Part shown: positions 1-4,806 of the stretch, piece by piece
Layout: the number at the start of each line of letters is the position of its first letter
Position numbering within the stretch: position 1 is the first letter of the stretch
Assembly: GCA_054661495.1 (NCBI GenBank)
Contig: BAAFSQ010000467.1
Coordinates: 1 to 5,797, forward strand
Source of the DNA: Zygophlyctis sp. KS116
Lineage: Eukaryota > Fungi > Chytridiomycota
Reading direction: 5' to 3'
DNA length: 5,797 bases
Translations under genes and position numbers: made by a program
The notes under the pieces: generated by a model
Told to the model about the DNA's origin: nothing
Seen by the model: only the letters and a program-made list of their open reading frames with translations
Database searches by the model: none

Positions 1-342
1 GAATGTTTTGGACCCAACTGAAGCACCTGCTGAACAGGAAATCCAAGATGATGATTCTTATACTTTGGAACCAACTGGTTTTCCAACTGAAGCACCTGGC
101 GATCAGGAAATACAGGATGATAATTCGAATGTTTTGGACCCAACTGAAGCACCTGCTGAACAGGAAATCCAAGATGATGATTCTTATACTTTGGAACCAA
201 CTGAAGCACCTGGCGATCAGGAAATCCAGGATGATACTTCGAATGTTTTGGACCCAACTGAAGCACCTGCTGAACAGGAAATCCAAGATGATGATTCTTA
301 TACTTTGGAACAAACTGTTGAAGCTTCCGGGGATCAGGAAAT
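1..342 (+). repeat. Coding tandem repeat: alternating 57-bp A/B units forming a 114-bp higher-order unit
   Basis: GAATGTTTTGGACCCAACTG recurs at 1, 127 and 241. Bases 1-77 are identical to 127-203, and 1-71 are identical to 241-311. The first unit carries a 12-bp insertion (GFPT). Confidence 0.97.
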
Positions 343-761
343 TAATTTTGAAGCTTTGGAATTTGAGAATAGTACCCCTAAAACTAATTTAGAAGAAACT
401 GATGACTTACAGACCGATTACTCTGAAAGAGTAGAGCTAAACAAGAGAGCTGAACTTGCAGGTTCTAGTCTGAAGTCAGCCCAAGTTAAAGGATCTATTT
501 CGCAAAGTCATAACCCAAGAAAAAAGTTTAAGAAAGCAACTTCAAAAACATTTGTTTCTTGGAATACTGCACGATTAAAGGCTGGAGAAACTGAAACGGT
601 ACTTTAATCGTTTATTTTAATTCATTATAGGCGAAAGGTTTATACCAAACTTATAAGATACCAAAAGTCGTCTCGAAGGTTAATCGAGGCAGAAGACCAT
701 TTTATGCCAAGGTATACAAATACGTAAATAATTTTAGGCAAAACCCACCTCTACAAAATAA
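2..761 (+). CDS. 3' part (5'-truncated) of an unknown protein with acidic 19-aa tandem repeats and a Lys/Arg-rich C-terminus; exons <2-598, 631-711, 738-761
   Basis: Frame 2 is open from the window edge (NVLDPTEAPAEQEIQDDDSYTLEPT...). Removing GT-AG intron 599-630 extends the frame (AKGLYQTYKIPKVVSKVNRGRRPFYAK). Removing 712-737 ends it with AKPTSTK-TAA at 759-761. If 712-737 is not spliced, the frame instead runs to TGA at 817-819. No family recognised. Confidence 0.7.
599..630 (+). other. Spliceosomal intron, 32 nt
   Basis: GTACTT...TTATAG, AT-rich, phase 0; removal restores a coding frame. Confidence 0.75.
712..737 (+). other. Probable spliceosomal intron, 26 nt
   Basis: AAG|GTATAC...TTTTAG|GC and the size matches the other introns. 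The unspliced frame is also open, so splicing is not forced. Confidence 0.55.
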
Positions 762-837
762 TTATGGAAAAGTCATAAAGCATTACTTATTATTTAAAAA
801 TGAGGTTTATTTTGCTTGAGATTCTTATTCATTCACA

Positions 838-871
838 TTTTGTTTACGTAACGTCGTGATAGTAAACAAAA
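838..871. promoter_or_regulatory. Perfect 10-bp inverted repeat (TTTTGTTTAC / GTAAACAAAA, 14-nt spacer) just upstream of the F-BAR gene ATG; both arms match the forkhead core GTAAACA
   Basis: 838-847 is the reverse complement of 862-871. The palindrome TTACGTAA at 844-851 overlaps the left arm. Function is inferred only. Confidence 0.4.
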
Positions 872-873
872 AA

Positions 874-2967
874 ATGCAACAACAATCGGCTAATGAGGAC
901 TTGAATGGCGGACCATATGCAGTCTACCGAGCTTTCACTACGTTTGGGGAAAATAATCTTCAAACCATGTTTTCTTATTTCCAAGAAAGGTAATCTTTCA
1001 TGCATAACTCAACTTTAAGAATTGAAATTGAATCACAATATGCCAACGCATTAGATCGATTAGCAAAGAAATCATTCCCAATACTCACTCAGTAAGTAGT
1101 TTATTTATCTTATTTTGATCAGAACAGAAGGACCTGTCCGAACTTCTACCGAAGGTAAATCGCATATCAGCTTAAGATAAGCATGGAGAAAAGTTTATGA
1201 ATCTACAACTGCATTAGCCATGAATCATCAAAAACTAGTCTACAATATTGATTGGGTTATGGACACCTTGAATAAGGCAGTTGTAAGGAAGTTGAATATT
1301 AAAAATTAGGAACGTCAAAAGCTGCAAATGAAAGATATAAGAGCAGAGGTACATTATTTTTTGTGATTGACTGTAAGGTAAAGCTTTTACTGCGAGAGTA
1401 TCATGAATTGCGTACGTCAAGTGTTCCAAAGGTTTGTCTCATGTTAAGTCTAATCATAGCTTAAATCTGCATACTACAAAAAATGTGAGCAGCTTGATTC
1501 AGAAATAAAACAGACCGATGCTTCTAACCCAAAGATTGTGAAGTTATCAAAAGAAGTTGTCGCTGCTGATCAGGGATATCGCCTGGGTGTTCTTCGATTA
1601 GAGCAAGTCAGACAAAAGGTTGTTAAAGCAAGGGAAAGAGCGTTTATTATGGGGGAGGGGGCCGAAAAAGATCGTGTTGAAACGGTAAGAAAGGCCTTAG
1701 TTCGATACGGAGAAATTGAAACATCCGTTTCTAAAGTTAGAATCGAAGATACAACTGGGCTTGCTATTTTTGTTGAATGCATCAAATCTGATGTAGATTT
1801 GGGAATATATTCTTCTGAATTTGCTGTGGTGTGGCCTTCTCCTGCGAAATCAGCCTATGAAAATTACAGAGTTCATCAGCCTGTATTTAGTAAGTATTGA
1901 CGAGATAAATTATTAGATTTAGTTTACGGAGTCCCATTATCTCAGATAATGGAAAATTACCCGGATGAAGTCGCCCATCCCATTCTCTCATCTTGCATCA
2001 ACAATATTGAAGAAAGAGGACTGGATGTTGAGCAAATTTATGCAAAGACAGCAAAGCCTTCTGACACAGAAACCTTAAAAATACTTTTAGAAGTGAATCA
2101 TTTAGCTGTCACTTGGGATCAATTTGATCCTGTAACTGTTTCTTCTGCCATCAAGACCTTTCTTCGTACTCTTCCAGAGCCAGTATTCACTTTCCCTTTA
2201 CGAGATCGAATAGAATACTCTTGTAAGATTAATTATTTTGAAGTTTAGTAATTTCGGATGAAAAAGAGAGATCTATTAAATTAAAAACCAGAGTTCGCTC
2301 GCTTAAAAAGGTTAATCAAAACCTTTTACTTTATCTTCTGAATCATTTTTCTAAACTACTGGAAAGATCTGAAGTGAATCGTCTTAGCATTTCTACACTT
2401 TCGATTGTATTTGGACCCATTCTTTTCCAAAGTTTGATTGATCATTCTAATGAACCTTCATCTGGTGCTATATCAAGCGGTCTAGGATGGTTTTCAAAAC
2501 AACCGGCTCAGAATGTAAACCAAGAAGCTATGCAATTAGAACAACTCCGACTGGACAATGTAATTTTGATATAAATTAACTTTTAGACATTGTCAGACTT
2601 GTTAAAATTCAGAGACCAAATCTTTGAAAGACCATCCGAAAAGCTCAAAATTCAATCTGAGCCTGTAGCTTTTAGCGGCTCTCACCATGAAGACCTTGCT
2701 CAATCTCCCACTCCACTAAAAACAGAGGAACCTCTTTCAGTCTCTGAAAGCCCTGAACTTTTAGAAACTGAAGCTAGTTTATCTGCTGAAGCAACTCGAC
2801 CCCATCTTCCACCTCGCGCTTCACTAACAGAATTTGGATATGTTCCAAGTCCTGATGTAGCACTATTATCTGATGAAATTCCAAGAGATTTTTCAGCAAT
2901 TTTAGAGGATGCTTCAATCCCTGCATCGATGCCCAATAAGCAAGAAATTGAAGATCCAGTTTGGTGA
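874..2967 (+). CDS. F-BAR (FCH) domain + RhoGAP-fold protein, Rgd1/Rga7-like architecture, about 613 aa; exons 874-989, 1020-1091, 1123-1154, 1182-1282, 1310-1348, 1378-1431, 1460-1889, 1917-2222, 2249-2559, 2587-2967
   Basis: The nine GT-AG introns join one 1842-nt frame. FCH signature: FQERIEIESQYANALDRLAKK. RhoGAP motifs: VYGVPL..PILSSCINNIEERGL, DPVTVSSAIKTFLRTLPEPVF, LSIVFGPILF, LLKFRDQIF. The ATG sits in an A-rich context. The last few codons are slightly uncertain. Confidence 0.88.
990..1019 (+). other. Spliceosomal intron, 30 nt (AAG acceptor)
   Basis: GTAATC...TTTAAG; contains an in-frame TAA; removal gives FQER-IEIE of the FCH motif. Confidence 0.9.
1092..1122 (+). other. Spliceosomal intron, 31 nt
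   Basis: Canonical donor GTAAGT...GATCAG. Confidence 0.85.
1155..1181 (+). other. Spliceosomal intron, 27 nt (AAG acceptor)
   Basis: GTAAAT...GATAAG; the alternative AGs at 1170 and 1176 lead to stops. Confidence 0.8.
1283..1309 (+). other. Spliceosomal intron, 27 nt
   Basis: GTAAGG...AATTAG, phase 0; the acceptor TAG is an in-frame stop. Confidence 0.85.
1349..1377 (+). other. Spliceosomal intron, 29 nt (AAG acceptor)
   Basis: GTACAT...TTGAC-TGTAAG; restores the frame. Confidence 0.8.
1432..1459 (+). other. Spliceosomal intron, 28 nt
   Basis: GTTTGT...CTAAT-CATAG; joins in frame to the 1538 ORF. Confidence 0.88.
1890..1916 (+). other. Spliceosomal intron, 27 nt
   Basis: GTAAGT...TATTAG; removal gives PVF-NLVYGVPL. 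Confidence 0.92.
2223..2248 (+). other. Spliceosomal intron, 26 nt
   Basis: GTAAGA...GTTTAG; joins the two halves of the RhoGAP domain. Confidence 0.9.
2560..2586 (+). other. Spliceosomal intron, 27 nt
   Basis: GTAATT...TTAAC-TTTTAG; contains an in-frame TAA. Confidence 0.9.
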
Positions 2968-3179
2968 ATTAGCCTGAAAGATTGAATAAAGATTGATTCG
3001 AATTTCGTTTTATCGATGAATTGACTGAAGGAGTAGGAGGATCTGCAAAAAACAAGAAAATTTTGTTGATCAATACAAAGATCTGCCAAAGCGGTCCCGA
3101 ATCCTCAAATTCTCCAGAATTTCCGGGTGCCACCCCCTGCCGTTCTCAATTATTTTTAGATCAGGTTCCCTAGATACTG

Positions 3180-3881
3180 ATGACTGAAAAGGAGAGAAAG
3201 AGCCCTATGATGCCTCTATTAACTATACCATCTTCTGATCGCAGACAGGAAAGACCATGTAGAGACTCCAACAAGATTTTAATTAATCTATCCAACATTA
3301 TACTTGAGACCCCTCGTCTCTCGCTTATACCAGTCACAAAGGTTGCTTCATTCAATGAAAAACTATCCGATCCATTAAATGAATATGTCAAATCAAAAGA
3401 ATTAAGCGGATGGAAAATGGAATTTGAATCTGTTGGGTTTGGACTTTGGTGTATACATTCTGAAGTTAATCCTTCTGCATTGTCCTCTTCTTCATCTACT
3501 AGTATCAATCGTCTATCTCTGAATTTAGCTGATGATGTAAATTTCAAACTTCCACCACCAAGTCCGGCGTCAAGTTCCGCTCAAGTTCAATTGATGCCGA
3601 TAGGTTATATTCACTTATCAAAGGATTCATTTATAAATCTAGGAATATTTAAAAGATACACCTCTCAAGGTTTTGCTACTGAGGCTCTTAAAAAGCTATT
3701 ATCAGTAATATTTACTTTTAATCATATTCCAAAAGAGTTGGTACATATCAAAGTTGATAATGATGTTGTTGCAAGAGTTGTGGAAAAATTAGGATTCACA
3801 GAAAAGGAAGAAGGAGTATTTAGTATATCAAAATCACAGTTTAATGAATTATGGTATTCAGAGGACATTGAAGATTTTTAG
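3180..3881 (+). CDS. GNAT acetyltransferase, RimJ/RimL-like (Acetyltransf_3), intronless, 233 aa
   Basis: LETPRLSLIP matches the N-terminal LxTxRLxLRP motif. Also present: GFGLWCI, IGYIHL, an acetyl-CoA motif A-like RYTSQGFATEAL, and C-terminal NDVVARVVEKLGF. Confidence 0.82.
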   Translation: MTEKERKSPMMPLLTIPSSDRRQERPCRDSNKILINLSNIILETPRLSLIPVTKVASFNEKLSDPLNEYVKSKELSGWKMEFESVGFGLWCIHSEVNPSALSSSSSTSINRLSLNLADDVNFKLPPPSPASSSAQVQLMPIGYIHLSKDSFINLGIFKRYTSQGFATEALKKLLSVIFTFNHIPKELVHIKVDNDVVARVVEKLGFTEKEEGVFSISKSQFNELWYSEDIEDF

Positions 3882-3935
3882 TCAATACATTTTTGTTATT
3901 TAAGAAACTATTGGGAATTTTTTATATTGATTTTA

Positions 3936-4592
3936 TTAATACCCAAACTTTTCCAAAGTTGCATTAACAGTCTTTAAATCAGAAGAAACTTTAGTCATTG
4001 CAGCATTTCTAGCCTTGATCATTGCCTTTTTCTTTTCATGATAAACTTTTCCCTTGGCTTTTCTCTTTTCTTCTAACTTGTCTACAACATCTGCATACTT
4101 CCATCCAAATTCTGTTGATAATCTCTTTAAAAGAGTAGTCTTTCTTCCTGGTTTTAATCGTAATACACGTAAAGCAGAAGGAACCACTAGTCTCTTAATT
4201 TTATCATATGGTGGAGGGACACCTTCAAAAACCTTTACTTTTTCAAGTGCAGCAGCTCCTCTTGAAGTTTTATGAGGAATCATTCCTCTTAGTGTATGAT
4301 AAAACATTTTAGAAGGAGCTCTAAAGTGAATAGGCCCATGTTGAGGATTAACTAGACATCTCTTTTTAAGATAAGCCATAAACTTTACTACAACTTTAAC
4401 AAGAATGATCTTACACTTGTTTCTAAAGAATGGACCAGTCATATTAATTTCTTCACAACGGACGATTGTAACCTTTTGTCCATTTAATAATTGTTTCGCA
4501 ACAATTGATGCAAGACGACCTAATAAATGTCCCTTTCCATCAATCACAATTTCCTAGAGATTAGTAAGTGGAATTACCTTTTCAAAGGCCAT
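3936..4592 (-). CDS. RPL16: 60S ribosomal protein uL13 (L13a / yeast L16), 201 aa; exons 4592-4578, 4553-4415, 4387-3936
   Basis: The spliced product is [61 protein letters not shown]...HFRAPSK...[16 protein letters not shown]...[10 protein letters not shown]..., which is clearly eukaryotic uL13. Confidence 0.97.
4388..4414 (-). other. Spliceosomal intron, 27 nt, in frame and stop-free (RPL16)
   Basis: Minus strand GTAAGATCATTCTTGTTAAAGTTGTAG. Removal converts [15 protein letters not shown] to the conserved RNKLKF. Confidence 0.93.
4554..4577 (-). other. Spliceosomal intron, 24 nt (RPL16 first intron)
   Basis: Minus strand GTAATTCCACTTACTAATCTCTAG with a TACTAAT branch-like motif; joins MAFEK to EIVIDGKG. 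Confidence 0.93.
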
Positions 4593-4806
4593 TTGAATTT
4601 TTTTTACGAAAACCTTTTCTTGTGCCACTTGACTTCCTACGCTTACTGTGCCTACTCTCCCCATGCTCTGCCTTGCTCTTGAATGGGGGCCTTGGGTTCA
4701 CCCTTGGCTTGCATTGGTCTAATTTGCTCACCCTTCCAAGTGTCGCAAATACTGAAAATTTGAAAGGGAACGTAAAGCGTAAATTTTACATCAGCAAATC
4801 CGGCCA
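4593..4806. promoter_or_regulatory. Divergent promoter region between RPL16 and the GH26-like gene, with a GC-rich core (4621-4750)
   Basis: 214 nt separate the head-to-head ATGs. 68 of 130 nt in 4621-4750 are G/C, in an otherwise AT-rich window. Confidence 0.6.

Noticed and set aside
1-342. CRISPR-like array
   Set aside because: There are no unique spacers, the repeats are in-frame coding units, and the context is eukaryotic.
3-392. 129-aa ORF in frame 3 over the repeat
   Set aside because: It is a shadow frame, open only because the repeat unit lacks stops. Frame 2 continues into spliced exons.
1235-1785. Minus-strand ORFs 1235-1429 and 1570-1785
   Set aside because: They are antisense to well-supported F-BAR exons and show no recognisable motifs.
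874-2967. Pseudogene, stop-codon readthrough or alternative genetic code as the explanation for fragmented ORFs
   Set aside because: Every stop or frameshift falls inside a 26-31 nt GT-AG segment whose removal restores conserved motifs. TAA, TAG and TGA all appear as normal terminators in this window.
2959-3024. Possible extra terminal intron (2959-2991 or 2964-2991) in the F-BAR gene
   Set aside because: It is not required by the frame. It would add only IDSNFVLSMN* or create an immediate TGA, and cannot be resolved without cDNA.
2997-3173. Stop-free, moderately GC-rich stretch in frame with the GNAT gene as an upstream exon
   Set aside because: It has no in-frame ATG, ends in TAG at 3171-3173, and I found no GT-AG intron of suitable size and phase to bypass that stop.
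2700-3547. Minus-strand ORFs 2700-3089 and 3170-3547
   Set aside because: They are antisense shadows of the RhoGAP tail and the GNAT gene.
3537-3562. GTAAAT...CAAG 26-nt intron-like segment in the GNAT gene
   Set aside because: Removal would frameshift away motif A and the EKLGF motif.
4054-4275. Plus-strand 73-aa ORF
   Set aside because: It is antisense to conserved uL13.
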